Shown here piece after piece: positions 1-15,395 of a stretch of 64,000 nucleotides of DNA. The notes below the pieces were generated by a model, which ran no database searches, had not been told where the DNA came from, and saw only the letters and a program-made list of their open reading frames with translations. Every line of letters begins with the position of its first letter. Within the stretch, counting starts at the first letter, position 1. The position numbers and the translations under genes are program-made. The stretch lies in assembly GCF_009914755.1 (NCBI RefSeq), contig NC_060944.1; one strand, 5' to 3'. Source of the stretch: the human T2T-CHM13v2.0 reference genome, Homo sapiens.

Positions 1-654
1 TCGGCAGGGAGTCCAAGCCCTGGTGCAGGTAGACAGAACCCACTGTGCTTCCTAAGGAAACCTGGATTTGGATCAACCACATCTGTAGGGCTTCTACATG
101 CACCAAGCACACTCACATTTATCCCACACTATTTTTACTTATTTTTATTAGTTTTTTCCATCCTGCAAATAGCTCTATTATTATAGACTGCCTGCTTCCG
201 AGTCTCCTGAGGTGAGATGAGAAGGGGAAGGCTTTATAAACTGCAGAGCCCCCCACATCCTCATCACCACCAGCGCACCCCTCTGCCCTGCCCCATCCTC
301 CTTGCTGACTGCCAACCACGTGACTTCAGCAAGTCACCACACTTCTGAGTCAATTTCCTGGACCAAACAAAAAGGGGGGGAGGAGTAGTTGTTGAGGTTT
401 AAGTGAAATGATGCAGGTGAACACTTTGTAACTACAAACACTTCCTGGAAAAAGTGGCAGAAAGGCTGAGCCAGGAGAGGGAGGCTGGACTAGGAAAGGG
501 GCAGGAAGTTGCTTGTGATGATATTCTAGGGGGACAAGTCCTCTCCGAGTACCAACCATCCCAGCAAGTGTTAACCAGGGCCTGCCGTGCACCAGGCACC
601 GAGCTGGGTGCTGGAGACACAGATATAAGCCATGACCCTGCCACGGAAGGACTT

Positions 655-1040
655 ATGCATTCTTACATTCGCCTGTGTAGTCAGCAAATACTTACTGCAC
701 ACCTATTATGTGCCAGGCACTGCGCTAAGAGCCAATGACACATCAGTGAATGAACAAATCAGACTAACTCCCCACCTTCACAAAGTAGTGGCAGAGACAG
801 ACTATACACTGATTTTAAAATAAAATGGCAGGTAGGAATGATTGCTACAAAGAAAACTAAAGCAGGGTAAGAAAACAGAGAAGGATAAGGTGGGAATGCC
901 ATTTCAAGGAGCTGTTCAGAGAAAGCCGTTCTGAGAAGATGGCATTTGAGCAGACACAGGGAGCAAACAGCATTGCGTGTATCGGAGGACACAGCATCAT
1001 GGGCAGGGTCAACAGCCGGGGCAAAGGCCCCGAGGCACAT
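655..1040 (-). mobile_element. L2 LINE 3' fragment
   Basis: cagcaaatacttactgcacacctattatgtgccaggcactg is the reverse complement of the L2 3' end; boundaries approximate. Confidence 0.7.
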
Positions 1041-1059
1041 TCAGTCTTTCCAGGACAAT

Positions 1060-1290
1060 CCTATCGAAAACGTCTATCCCTGCTCTGTTTTCCTCACAGC
1101 ACCTGTCACCATGGACATTATGTGTGTTTATATCAGTCTATTATCCATCTAGCCCACTTGAGTCTCACCTCCAGGAAGGCAAGGATGTTTGTCTGTCTAG
1201 GTCACTGTGGTGTCCCAGAGCCTAGGATTGGACCCAGCACACAGCAGACCCTCGAAAAGGATGTGTTTAATTAATTAGTCAATCAATCAT
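1060..1290 (+). mobile_element. L2 LINE 3' end
   Basis: ctccaggaaggcaaggatgtttgtctgtctaggtcactgtggtgtcccagagcctagg...cagcacacagcag matches the L2 terminus. Confidence 0.65.
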
Positions 1291-1616
1291 CTAGAGTAGA
1301 CTACTCCCACCCCCACCCAGATTCTAGGCCCTGGTAAAAGGTGCCCAGTTCTCACCCCACCCCGCCCCGTTCCCCACCACATCGGGAGAGGAAGTTGATG
1401 CAAAAAACAAGTTGCAACAACCTGTCATGAAGAGGTCTGATGCAACAGTGGGGGAAGGCGGTGGGGGACACTGAGAGGAACCCAATGCTTTTCTTCACGC
1501 AGCCCCCATCAAGGGGCTGGGGCCTGGCCTACAAACTTTCCTGAGTTCACCAACAACCCATCCTTCCTTCAACAGATATTTATGCAGAGCCTCCTCTACA
1601 TGATGGGGCTACCTTA

Positions 1617-1892
1617 TGGGTCTCAAACTGGTAACTCAGAGGCATCATTCCTTTGGCCTGCAGAGGGGTTTGAGAAACTTGGGCCTAAGTTTGAATATCA
1701 GGTTTCCCATTAAAATCCAAATTCCAAGCTTCTTTTGAAAAAACTGACACATGGGTCTCAAATGCCCACAAGGCTGCAGGTGCTGTAGAGCAGAGTGATA
1801 GCCATCACCTTCACCCAGGACAAGTGCTCCTCAATTTCCCACCACCCAACCCACTGCTGCGCCCTGTGAACACCTGAGTGTGAGACTTCTGT
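1617..1892 (+). mobile_element. hAT-Charlie relic (MER102/MER103-like)
   Basis: gtctcaaactgg...aaaatccaaattccaagcttcttttgaaaaaa...gtgtgagacttctg; resembles the copy at 31555-31820. Confidence 0.45.
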
Positions 1893-2145
1893 CCTAGACA
1901 CAGGCAAGGCAAACCTGAACCTGCTACTTCGCCTTTACCCTCACCCAGGGCAGACATCACTAATGGAATGCAGATCTTTTTCCTGCTAAGTCTTCTCCAA
2001 GCCGTTCAGAATTTATCTCCCTTCACTGTTGTCAGAAATGGTCTAAAATCCTTCCCATTCACAACCCAGCTTCTCCCTACTCCTTTGGGCTCCTCAATTG
2101 TTGATTTTTTTCCTGAAAAATGGGCTCATCAGAGTGGGATTCTAG

Positions 2146-2360
2146 CAGAGATTCTCAACTTTGGTACCTTGACAGTTCAGTGGATAGTTCTTTGCTGTGA
2201 GGGATGTCCTGAGTATTATAAGACACTCAGCAGCTTCCCTGCCCTCTACCCTCTAGATACAAATAACAACCCTCCTCTCCTCAGTTGTGACAATCAAAAA
2301 TGTGTCCAGACATTGCCCATGTCCCCTGGAGGCAAAATCATCCTTGGTTAAGAACCATTG
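2146..2360 (-). mobile_element. MER20 (hAT-Charlie MITE)
   Basis: cagttgtgacaatcaaaaatgtgtccagacattgcccatgtcccctggaggcaaaatca...aagaaccattg is the reverse complement of MER20. Confidence 0.9.
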
Positions 2361-2369
2361 CATTATAGC

Positions 2370-3090
<721 letters not shown>

Positions 3091-4145
3091 ATCGTCAGCA
3101 CCAGCCCTCGCCCATCTGGGGCCTGCATGGGCGTGTGGCTGGAAGGAAAAGCCTCAAGTGACGGAGACAGTGGTGGCTGGGAACAGGCCCTGCTTTGGGT
3201 GGCATTTCCCGCCGGAATGTCCTGGACAAAGAGAACCAAGTCACTCGGGGCCCCAGGATGCAGGGCGGGGTGGCTGGACATCCTGGGGTCCTTGTGCCTG
3301 TCTGCAGCAGGACAATGAGTGGAATGCGGTCTCCTCTCTGTGGGGCTGACACTTGACATCTGAAGACAATGACTTTCAAGAGGTTTTGTTTTTTCCTCAG
3401 TCCAACTATTTTTTTTCCATCTTCCCAAACAATTGTTCCTGGGGCTGGAGGGCGAGCAGTCCCCCCTTAGCTGGTGAAGGATTGTATTTGTAGAGTCAGG
3501 AAACAATGCACAAAAGTGAGAGAATGTAAAAATAGTGGCATTCAGGGCCCAGGCCTCAGTGAGGGAGGTGCAGCCATGGAGGTTTCCTCCCATTGATTTT
3601 TCCCAGAGCCTGCTCGGCCCCAGGGAGGGAATTCTGGCAGCAGAAGGGCCAGTCTTAGGAGTACAGACACTGGCTGCTTGGCTGCAGCTTGGGGTCTTCA
3701 GTTTAGGGCGTGTCAACTATGTACCCAATGCTTCCCACGATTGCCTCATCCTAGACAATCTCATCTCCATTTTACGAAAAAGGAGACCGAGGTTCTCAGT
3801 GGCTGACGCGGCAGCCTCAGAGCATGCAGCTAAGCAGACAAAGCTGGCCTCTGACCTCGGGGCCATCAGAGTCCAGGCTCTGACTTTCTGCCACATCCAC
3901 TCTAACCCTCTCTTGCGATCTCAGCTTCCCTGACCAGCCACTCACTTCCCACTAGTGATGGGGCCACATCATTAAAGTTGTGACCCCCAAGCTCCACAAG
4001 GGAAGAAACTTCTGTCCCTGGAGCCCAATACAGTGCCAGGCCTTCTGATCCAACGTGAAAGGAGGGAGAACTTGCAGGACAGAAAGGACCCAGAGCTTGC
4101 AGACATCAGAGGACTCTCAGAGAGGCCCCAACAGCCCTTGACCAT

Positions 4146-4920
<775 letters not shown>

Positions 4921-5626
4921 ACTGCTAGCTCGAAACATGTACACGAAAGAAAAGCAAACCTGTTGTATCTCCATGAATCACGGCCAAACACAATCCTAAT
5001 ACTCTGTTATTATGATTACTACAAAACAGATATTATCATACAGTCTAGCTATACATTTCATACATTGTTTGGCATATGTTTAGTAAGCTGCAAAATGCTT
5101 TCTTTCCCCACCCACAAAAGTATCTACAAACAAATATTCATTAAGGACAGATGGTCTAATAACAGTAATTACTATAATAATTACAGCAACATCAAGTATC
5201 TTTCACTATTCAGATCTATTCAGTTCCTGAGTTTAGAAAGCAAGAAGCCATTTAGAAAGATCAGATAAGGGAAACCTTGGGATACTAAGCTGTCAGAACT
5301 AGATAATGCCTGCATTTCCAATGAAACGTGGACACGACAACCAGCTGCAACACGTATTAAGTGCTTACTGCATGCCAATGCCAGGGGTACAGGAGGAAGC
5401 GACTCCTACACCCCCATTTCACAGACAAGGAACAGAGTTATTTGCTCAAAGTCATGCAGAGGAGGAGGACGGAGCCAGACCTAAGTGCAGGCCCCAGGGG
5501 CTTCAGAGCCAAGTCTCTTTCCCATGGGGCTATACTGCTTCTTCAGTTCAAAAATTGGGAGAATTTAATTAGGGGAAGGAGAATAGTGTAGCCTCGTGGG
5601 AAGACCAGGAGTTGGGAGGCCTAAAT

Positions 5627-6138
5627 CAGCGTCCCCAATCCCTGGGCCGTGGGCTGTTAGGAACCGGGCCACACAGCAGGAGGTGAGCAGCAGGCAAGAA
5701 GCAAAGCTTCATCTGTATTTAGAGCCATCCCCATTGCCCGCATGACCACCTGAGCTCCGCCTCCTGTCACATCAGCAGCAGCATCAGATTCTCATAGGAG
5801 CACAAACCCTACTGCAAACCACCCATGCCGGGGATCTAGGTTGCACCCTCCTTACGAGAATCTAATGCCTGATGATCTGTCACTGTCTCCCATCACCCCC
5901 AGATGGGACTGTCTAGTTGCAGGAAAACAAGCTCAGGGTTCCCACTGATTCTACATTATGGTGAGTTGCATAATTATTTCATTATATGTTACAATGTAAT
6001 AATAATAGAAACAAAGTACACAACAAATGTAATGTGTTTGAATCATCCTGAAACCATCCCTTCCCCACCCCTAGGTCCGTGGAAAAAAATGTCTTCCAGG
6101 AAACCCGTCCCTGGTGCCAAAACGGCTGGGGACCACTG
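5627..6138 (+). mobile_element. MER1A (hAT-Charlie)
   Basis: Terminal inverted repeats cagcgtcccc / ggggaccactg; 8-bp TSD gcctaaat / gcctagat; internal ctaatgcctgatgatctg. Confidence 0.88.
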
Positions 6139-7559
6139 GCCTAGATCACTTAGGCATCCCTGGGTGGAGTGACACAAAGGGATCGTCACAAAAGGCAAAT
6201 GTGGTCACCCACTGCCCTGCCCAGCCCATCAGCCGCTCCCCGCTTCTCTGAGAACCCCATCCAGAAGGGCTCTGCAGGACCTGACCTCAGCCTCCAAGCT
6301 GTGCTGCAGCCAGACCGGCCTCCAGGATCCTCAGCTGTTCCCCAAACACACCCAGCTTGCTCCTGCCCCCAGGCCTCAGCACAGGTGCTCCCTCCACCTG
6401 CAACACTCATCTCCCTCCTGCCAGCTGCTTCAAGTCTCACATTCCCTGCCCTCCCCAGTGAGATCCAAGGTTGGTCAGGGCCCAGGAAACCCATGCATAG
6501 GCTCCCATACTTAGTGCCACCATGACTATAACTTAACCTTGATTTATGTGATGATTCAATTAATAACAGGCTTGCCCACCAGCCTAAGACCTCTCAGAGG
6601 TCCCACTTAGTCCCAGTTTCCATCTTCTTTCATTTATGCTCATTCTTGGTGAGTGAGTGGATGGACGGGTAGAGGGAGGGAGACCCCTTTCTCTGGGGCA
6701 GGTTCCTCACCTGTAAAATAGACACTGTGTGATAACACTGCCGGCTTCATGGATTACCATGAGGACTACGAGAAATGCTGCACACTAGCTGAATGATTTC
6801 AGATGACTGATTCCTCCTCTCTGGGCCTCAGTTTCCCCATCTGCACAGCGCCCACCACTCAGGGCCTGCTGACCTGGTTGCCAAATGTAGCCCTGCCACA
6901 GACTCGCTGTGGGACCCTGAGAAAGCTGCTCCCACACTCTGTTCCCTCGTCCGCGAAACGGGGAACAGTGGTCAGATGAGAGGATCTCAAAGGGCTCCCA
7001 GCTCTGGGGCTATGAGGTCAGGCCCACACATTCTAACCACCTCGACTCCCTGCCTTCCAGCCAGACCAGTGACAACCAGCCACACCACAGACTACGACAG
7101 CTCACCAGGGATTCTGCAAGGGAGTCTTTCAATGGCTCCTTCCCTGGGGGACCTGACTATGGGACAGAGCCCCCGAGGAGGGAGGGGAGATGATGGAACC
7201 AGAGAAGCATGAAGAAGCCCCCTCAAACGAGGGCCCTGAAGAGGGGATGGCTGAGAGCTGGAAGATGGAGGTTCTGGTGTCAGACAAGCTGGTTCAAGTC
7301 CCCACCTGTCAGCGGGGGAGGGTACGTGGGCCTCTGAACCTCAGTTTCCACCTAACTCAGAGAAGGAAATAGATAACGAACCCTAACTTCAGAGTCGCAC
7401 CAGAGTGAAATGCCAACACTTACGTTACCATCACTGATGGGGTTCTTATCTGTCAGTGCATCGACGTAAAAGCAGCCCTCTCCAACTACAGACCACGCTG
7501 TACTTTCCCGACATTTCCCCAGAGTCGTGTGTCTCATTCCACTGCAGCCCCACTGCCTA

Positions 7560-7930
7560 GTCTGCCCTTCCTAGGTCACCCCAGGCTTTTTCTTACCTCA
7601 GGGACTTTGCACGTGCTGTTCCCCGCCCCCCATCGTCACTGCACAGGATGCTCAAATATCACCTCCACAGAGAGCCTCCCCTGACCATCCTGGCTGAAGC
7701 AGCCTCACCCAAGCCACAAGTCGCCCCCGAGCCACCCTCTAGCTCGATAATCTGTTTTAATTCCCTGTAATGCAGGTAGCACAAAGTGTTGTTCTATGCA
7801 TTTTGCTAATTTAGAGTCCTCCTCTCTGCGCACTGCCAGCTCCGTGATGGTGAGGGTCTCTGGCTGCTTGTGCTGAATCCACAGCATGGGTTGAGGTAGA
7901 CAGAAGATGCTGAATAAATACTGGTTAAGA
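7560..7930 (+). mobile_element. L2 LINE 3' fragment
   Basis: cctcagggactttgcacgtgctgttccc...gctcaaatatcacctcc...tgaataaatactgg. Confidence 0.65.
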
Positions 7931-8099
7931 GGGGAAAGGAGGTGAAGTTCCATAAGCCTCCAAGCTTCCATTCCTATGTATGTAACACAGAGTAAAAGCC
8001 TCTATCTCTCAGTGTTCTTTTGAGGATTCAAGGAAATATCACTCAAAACATAAAGTGCTTAGCACAGAGAACGGAACACAATAAAAACTCAAATTTTAA

Positions 8100-8770
8100 A
8101 ATTACCAATGTCCATCAACAGGAGAACGGATGAACAAATGGTGGTGTTCTCACACAACAGAACATGATTCAGTAATCAAAAGAAAATTGCTAACACACGC
8201 AGCAAACTGGACGCATCTCAAAAACATGGCCCAAGCGAAAGAAGCCAGACACAAAAGGGTGCAGCCACCCGTGGGATTCCACATCTACGAAGTCCCAAAA
8301 CTGGCAAGACCCTTCTTTGATGACAGAGGTTAGAAAAGCCGTCACTCGGCCGGGCCCAGTGGCTCACGCCTGTAATACCAGCACTTTGGGAGGCAGAGGC
8401 GGCCGATCACTTGAGTTCAGGAGTTCGAGACCAGCCTGGCCAACACGATGAAACCCCGTCTCTGCTAAAAATATAAAAATTAGCCAGGCATGGTGGCTAC
8501 TCAGGAGACTGAGGCAGGAGAATCATTTGAACCCAGGAGACAGAGGTTGCAGTGAGCTGAGATCATGCCACTGCACTCCAGCCTGGGTGACAAAGCGAGA
8601 CTCTGCCTCAAAAAAAAAAAAGAAAAGTCGTCATTCAAGGCTGGATAAAGACTGGCAAGGGGCTCAAGGGGACTCTGGAGGCAAAGAATGTTCTAGATCT
8701 TCACCTGGTGGTGATGCATACGTAATCACCAATGGAGCTGTGCACTTCACTGTCTGTAATTATCCTGCAA
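8100..8770 (+). mobile_element. Old L1M 3' fragment, interrupted by an Alu
   Basis: caatgtccatcaacaggagaacggatgaacaaatggtgg and gaagccagacacaaaagg are L1M 3' motifs. Confidence 0.7.
8348..8621 (+). mobile_element. Alu (AluS) with a small right-arm deletion
   Basis: Dimeric Alu; TSD agaaaagccgtcactc / agaaaagtcgtcattc. Confidence 0.95.
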
Positions 8771-9299
8771 CAGAAACTATTCCCTTTTTTTTTTTTCAGC
8801 AAAGGGTTTAAAAGGAGATTGTCACCGTCCACCCTGGTTTGTCTACTGTCCACGCATGGGTTGTCCTGGCTCAAGCCCTGAGGGCCAATACATCGTTCTG
8901 GCTTCAGGCAGAGCCAGACCCCATTCCCATTCCTTCTACAACTGTGCATCCACGAAGCCCTGGCTTCTTTGAGGCCCGTTGCCAAAGAGACGAGCCACCC
9001 TCCACACACACCCCCTCGCTGCCTCCCAACCCTGCTTCTAAGAAGATTCGGGAACAGGAAGCCTGTGTCTGCTCTCAGGTTCTGAAGCAGAGGCTGGGGG
9101 TGGTGGTGCGGGGGAGGGGAGATGAGGGGCTGCCCCGTTGAATGAGACGTGCCTTGAATCCTGAGGGGATCCTCTCCAGGTGTGTGAGAGGTGTCCCCCG
9201 CCCACCACAGGCACAGGGACAGCCACAAACACCTACTCTACCGTCGTCGCTGGGGCATCTCTAGGAGCCCCAGCACCCACTAGGCATGGGGCCGGCTTC

Positions 9300-9830
9300 G
9301 TACATCAAAGAGCCCTTGCATGTTGCCTTTCTGCTTAAAATCCTCCAACAGAGGCTGCGCTATCAGAATGAGCTCACACTCTGTGACCTCACCTCCTACG
9401 CAACTCCCTTCTCCCTCATCTCCTCCCACACTGGCACCCTTGAAGGTGCAGAAACACATGAGACAGGCTCTTGCCACAGGACCTTTGCACTGGCTGTCCC
9501 CTCTGCCTGGAACGCCTGTCACCACGTAACCACATGACTCATTCACTCTGCTCCTTCAGGTCTCTGCTCAAACGTCACCTCCTCAGTGAAGCCTGCCCTG
9601 CCCACACCATTGAAAACTGCCACATCTTCCCAGCAGCCCAGCGCTCTAATTTTGCTTCATGTTTTTCCATAGCACTTACCACCTGAGAACACTACAAATT
9701 TTCCTTGGCTGACACCTTCACTGTCTGTCTTCACTGCACACACGGTGAGGGGGAGAGCTTTTGTCTGTATTGTGCACTGCGGCAGCCTGGACACTCAGTA
9801 CACAGCAGGTGCTCCATAAATCACTTGTAA
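9300..9830 (+). mobile_element. L2 LINE 3' fragment
   Basis: caggacctttgcactggctgtcccctctgcctggaacgc...acacagcaggtgctccataaat. Confidence 0.75.
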
Positions 9831-10206
9831 GCCCAAGGAGGTAAATTTGAGGTTTATCACGGAATGGACTTTCTAAAATTTTCTGCAGGATTTCAATTGT
9901 CTGCTAAGAATATGTGCTATCTTTACCAATTAAAAAGAACAATTAGAAATCTGGTTTTAAAAGCCAGGTGGGAGCCATCTCTAGGTCAGTGGGTCTGATG
10001 CCCAGGAAGCGGGCATAAGAATTACCTGTCAAGCTTTTCAAAACACATGTTTTGCCCAGGAGGTATACCAGGAAATGACAGTCTGACTCAAGAGGTCTGG
10101 AAAAGCCAGGAAATCAGCTCTTTTTCCAAAGCTCCCAGATAACCCTGAAGGGCTCCAGGAGGTACACGAACCCGAGAATGGGCAGCAGGGCAGGGAAAGC
10201 AGCTCA

Positions 10207-10616
<410 letters not shown>

Positions 10617-10644
10617 TCACAAGGCAACCCCTTGGCAGCCCTAA

Positions 10645-10830
10645 TCCATGACCCTCAGGCTACAGCAGGCGTCTGAATCACCTGGGGCACTCAGTGGAAA
10701 TGCTGATTCCTGGGCCCTGAAGACTGAGAGGCTCCAACGCAGTGGGAGAGGGAGGAGCCTGGGCATCTGCCTTGTTAACATGCTTCCCCAGGCACCTGCG
10801 ATGGGGCACCAGGTTTAGAAGGTGCTGGTT
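10645..10830. mobile_element. MER5A/B-like hAT MITE
   Basis: gaatcacctggggcac...aaatgctgattcctgggcc...gggcatctgccttgttaacatgcttccccagg. Confidence 0.6.
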
Positions 10831-11322
10831 GAGTCTTCTGGTTTCAGTATGTACAGTTGCCTTTCATCAGGAAAATTAATAAAGTCATAGGAAGAAAACT
10901 GGAAATCACACATTCTGACAGTGCCCACTGTCAATATTTCAACATGTCACCTTCCATGGCGTCTCCTGCAGTTTTTAGGCATGGCTGTCATCACAGGTTG
11001 CACATAATTTTGCATGTCACCTTTCCAGTGGTCCACAGTGGCTAAGGAAATGGGTGTGGCTCATGTCCCTAACCATTTCCCTATCCGACCTTTAGGTTGT
11101 TGCCGATTTTGAGCGCTCACAGTGGTGTTTCAATGAGTAACCTGGTACATAAAAGTATCTGGGGATTTTCCCCCCATGCTTAGGATTTTTTTCAGCAGTG
11201 GGATCCCCTGCAATTCCAGGGGAATCACTGTTTGGGAGTCTCTTGTTGTCTCCGCTAAGTGTTTTGCCAAAGGGTTTGCACCAATTTATTGCTCTAAAAT
11301 GATGCCAAAGGCAACAAGTTCT

Positions 11323-11482
11323 AGCCGGGCGTGGTGGCTCACGCCTGTAATCCCAACACTTTGGGAGGCCGAGGCAGGTGAATGGCTTGAACCCAGGAGG
11401 CAGAAGTTACAGTGAGCTGAGACTGTGCCATTACACTCCAGCCTGGGCGACAGGAGCAAAACTCCATCTCAAAATAAAAAAA
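11323..11482 (+). mobile_element. Monomeric chimeric Alu (left-arm start fused to right-arm end)
   Basis: About 160 bp with no central A-rich linker; TSD aaaggcaac(a)aagttc. Confidence 0.9.
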
Positions 11483-11744
11483 GGCAACAAAAGTTCAAGC
11501 CTTATCAGCCGTGCAGCCCCATCACCATGCGGAGGAGGAACCCGAGGCCCAGCTGATGCTCATTAAGAATTCCTTCATGCCGGACACGGTTCCAAGTGCT
11601 TTCTCAACAGAAACCCATAAATCCTCACCACAGCCCTGTGGGCAGGGTGTGATGCCACGCACTAGCATAGAAGAAGCATTCAGCAAGCGTGTTTTGCTAT
11701 TATTATTACTTGCATTTGATTTTCCTCTAAAAATGATGTGTCTA

Positions 11745-12068
11745 GGCTGGGCGCGGTGGCTCCCATCTATAATCCCAGCACTTTGAGAGGCTGAGGTGGG
11801 CGAATCACCTGAGTTCAGGAGTTCGAGACCACCCTGGCCAACATGGTGAAATCCCATCTCTACTAAAAATACAAAAATTAGCTAGGCGTGGTGGCGGGCA
11901 CCTGTAGTCCCAGCTACTCAGGAAGCTGAGGCAAGAGAATCGCTAGAACCTGGGAGGCGGAGGTTGCTGTGAGCTGAGATCGAGCCACTGCACTCCGGCC
12001 TGGCTGAACAGAGCGAGACTCTGTCTCAAAATAAATAAATAAATAAAATAACTAAAAAATAAAAAAGT
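11745..12068 (+). mobile_element. Alu (AluS), full length
   Basis: Dimeric Alu, (AAAT)n tail, TSD taaaaatgatgtgtc / taaaaataatgtgtc. Confidence 0.96.
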
Positions 12069-12816
12069 AAAAATAATGTGTCCAGCCATATCACTGAGCA
12101 AAACTGGGGTTCCAGAAAGCTGGGCCAGGTTTCTTGGGTGGCACAGGTATGGCCCTGCAGGGTGCCCATGCCCCCAAGAAGGCGCAGGTGCACAGCTCGT
12201 GGCAGCCCTGTTTCTGGTGAATCAGGCCGGCCCCTGTCCCTGTGACACTGGGTGAGACGTGCCCATGGCCATACCTGCAGAAGAGATGCCCCAGCCCAAG
12301 CAGTGCCATAGGAGGACAGCACTCCAATGCCCCAAATACTGCCCCAGCCACCAACCACGGGACACAGACCCAGCAGTTCCCTTTTTCTCTTTGCAGAACT
12401 TCCCACCACATCAAGCTGGAAAGGAAGTCGGCAGCTCAGCGGGAGGAAAGGCGACAGTATACAAATCGCTTCATGTCTGCTGAGGAAATTTACTGCCCTG
12501 AAACTGAGGGCTGAGGAAGGAGGAAGGGGCAGAGCAGGCTGGGCTAGGACTCACCCTGTGCACTGCCATCCAGCCAGGATGGCCGCATGGCTGAGTGCCA
12601 AGGCCAATGGCGAAGTTGTCTGGAGAAATCAAAACAAGTGTACTCAGGGACCACATATCCCTGGGCAGGTCACTACGTTCGCCGACCTCAGTTTTACTCA
12701 TCTGTAAAATGGGCAAAACAGGATCCACAACAAGAGCTACTAAAAAGATTTAAGTAAGAGAGGACCTGTAAAGTGCTTACCAGCACACAGTAGGTGCTCA
12801 AGAAATGTCCATAACT

Positions 12817-13148
<332 letters not shown>

Positions 13149-13324
13149 TTATTAAGTTCAAGCTTCTCATCCTGGCATCTAGCTACCACATCCTACCAGA
13201 GGCACCTCTGGCCTCCAAGTGCCCCACACTAGCCCCTTTCCTGATCACCGCTAAGCATGTGATGCACCAGCAATGCACCAACCACAGAGCAGCAAGGAAC
13301 TGTCTCAGGACAGAACCTCTGGGA

Positions 13325-13990
13325 CCTCATTCATTCATTCAGCAGGTACTTACTGAGAAGCAGATGAGCTGAGACTGACATGAAGAGGTGGGGACATGTG
13401 GCTATCTAGGGGAGACTGTTCCAGACAGCAGGAATACCACCTGCAGAGGAACTGAGGCAGGAGTGAGCCCGGTGTGTTCAAAGAACAGCAAGGAAAGCTG
13501 AGAGAGGGCGAGGTGAGAGCAGGAAGAAACGAGGCAAGAGACTTAACCAGGAGCCAGAATGTGCAGTGCCTTCTGGGCCACAGTGGGGTCTTCAGCTTTT
13601 CTCTGGGTAAGGTGGGAGCCATGGAGGGTTCTGAGCAGGGGAAGGACAGGATCTGACCTGAGTTCTTAAGGGGCCATCTGGCTGTGTGTGAACAACAGAC
13701 TGTAGCAGGGAGCTCAGGAGGAGTCTCCTGCAATCGTCCAGGCGGGAGGTGATGGAGGATTTGACCAGGGTGGTGGTGAGCTGTGGTCAGAATCCAGAGG
13801 TATTCCAAGACAGAGCCCACGGGATTTTCTGAGAGATGGGATGTGAGGGACGAGAGAGAGGGAAGTCGAGGCCGTCTCCCTGGTTTCTGGCCTGTACCAC
13901 TGGCAAGGATGAAGGCCACTTTTATTGAGACAGGAAGACTGTGGTTTGGGGGGCGGGTAGAGAGTTCAATCTCGGACATTTTAAGTCTGA
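13325..13990 (-). mobile_element. L2 LINE fragment
   Basis: cattcattcattcagcaggtacttactgag, then gggagccatggagggttctgagcagggg...gacagagcccacgggattttct...gatgggatgtgagg. Confidence 0.75.
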
Positions 13991-14944
13991 CCTCACGCAA
14001 GGCAGTCTGGTGAAGGAGACAGACCGTCCGTCAGCAAATCCTTGCACAATGTGCATTCAACTGCAATCGTGCTGAGTGCTGGGCAGGGTGACCTAGGCAG
14101 AGGCATTCAGTGAAGGCTGCCTGGAGGAGGACACCAGAGCGGAGGCCTGAAGGCTGAGGAGCTGGGGACACACGAGGGAGGGGTTGAAAGCTGCTATCTC
14201 TGTGTGTCTTCCACTTTCCTCATCACTTCACCTCCCACTTCACATCCAGTGAGGACAGAGCCCGAGAATGAAGGAAGTGTGGTTTCTGGGGTTCAGAGCT
14301 CTGGGGTCAGACAGAGCTAGCTTCAAATCCCAGACCTACCCTTTTCTTGTTGCATGGCCTGAAGCTGGTGCCTTCACCACTCCCTGCCTCAGTTTCTACA
14401 TTCATAAAAGAGGGTGATTCTGCCATGTTTTCAGGGTGTGTCAGGCTCTGGAAACCCAGATAAAGATGCCCACCTCTCTCCCCCAACCTGGGCACCTCCT
14501 TCCAGCCTCAGTGAGAAGCTGCTTTGCCAGGGAAGCTGGAAGGATGTGACAGGGCAGGGAGTGGCTGGACCCGCACGGCTGAAACCACTGGCTGAGGCCA
14601 CAGATCCAGGCAAATCTCCGGCCCCTCCGCTGCCCTGGCCAGGCACACGGTGGCCCACAGAGATTTTCCATCAGGTCAAAACAGGAACTCCATGGAAACG
14701 CACAGCCTCAGCCTGCCATGGGGCAAGGTGTTTTTCCACAGAGCGAGGCTGAATTCAGCGTTAAATGGCTCTGCAGGGTGGCAGGGGCCACTACCCTCCG
14801 AAAAGAGAAGCAGGTACTAGCCAGTGGGAGACAGGAACCTGCTTCCAGCCTCAGCTTTGGGGAAACAGGTACCTATACCACACCCTTGCTCACACGGTTT
14901 CCACCACCGCACACGCTGCTCCTGCATCCCTGACCACACCAGGC

Positions 14945-15385
14945 ACTCATTGGTTCTCTCGGCAAATGACGCATGTAGCACGTCCTGAAGGACAGGCACT
15001 GCTGTAGGCCCTGGGGATGAGCATGAACAAAAGAGATGAAGCTCCTGCCCTCACGGAGCTGATATTCTACAGGGGTGGAGCTGGAGCCAGGGAGATTCAC
15101 CAGAATAGACTGCGAAGCCTTACGAAGAAATCAAGCAGGAAAGGGAGAGATAAAGCAAGGAGACGGGTGCTTTTTTAAATGTGGTGGCCAGGAAAAGCCT
15201 CCCTGATAAGAACACGTCCAGCTGAGACCCAGATGAGGTAAGGAGGTAAGCCATGGGTTACCAAGGGAGAGCACACCATGGGCAGTGGGGCAGCAGGGGC
15301 CTGCTTGGTGCACAGGGACAACAAGGAGACCACAATGGCTGGAGCAGAGTGAACAGGTGAGAGTAAGGACTGGGAAAGGGGACTC
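14945..15385 (-). mobile_element. L2 LINE 3' fragment
   Basis: caggcactgctgtaggccctggggat...cctgccctcacggagctgatattct...ggctggagcagagtga. Confidence 0.65.
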
Positions 15386-15395
15386 AGGCAGGGGG

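Noticed and set aside
12372-12514. Strong plus-strand acceptor-like site (ccctttttctctttgcag) and following frame
   Set aside because: No convincing donor, no recognisable peptide, and opposite to the inferred host orientation.
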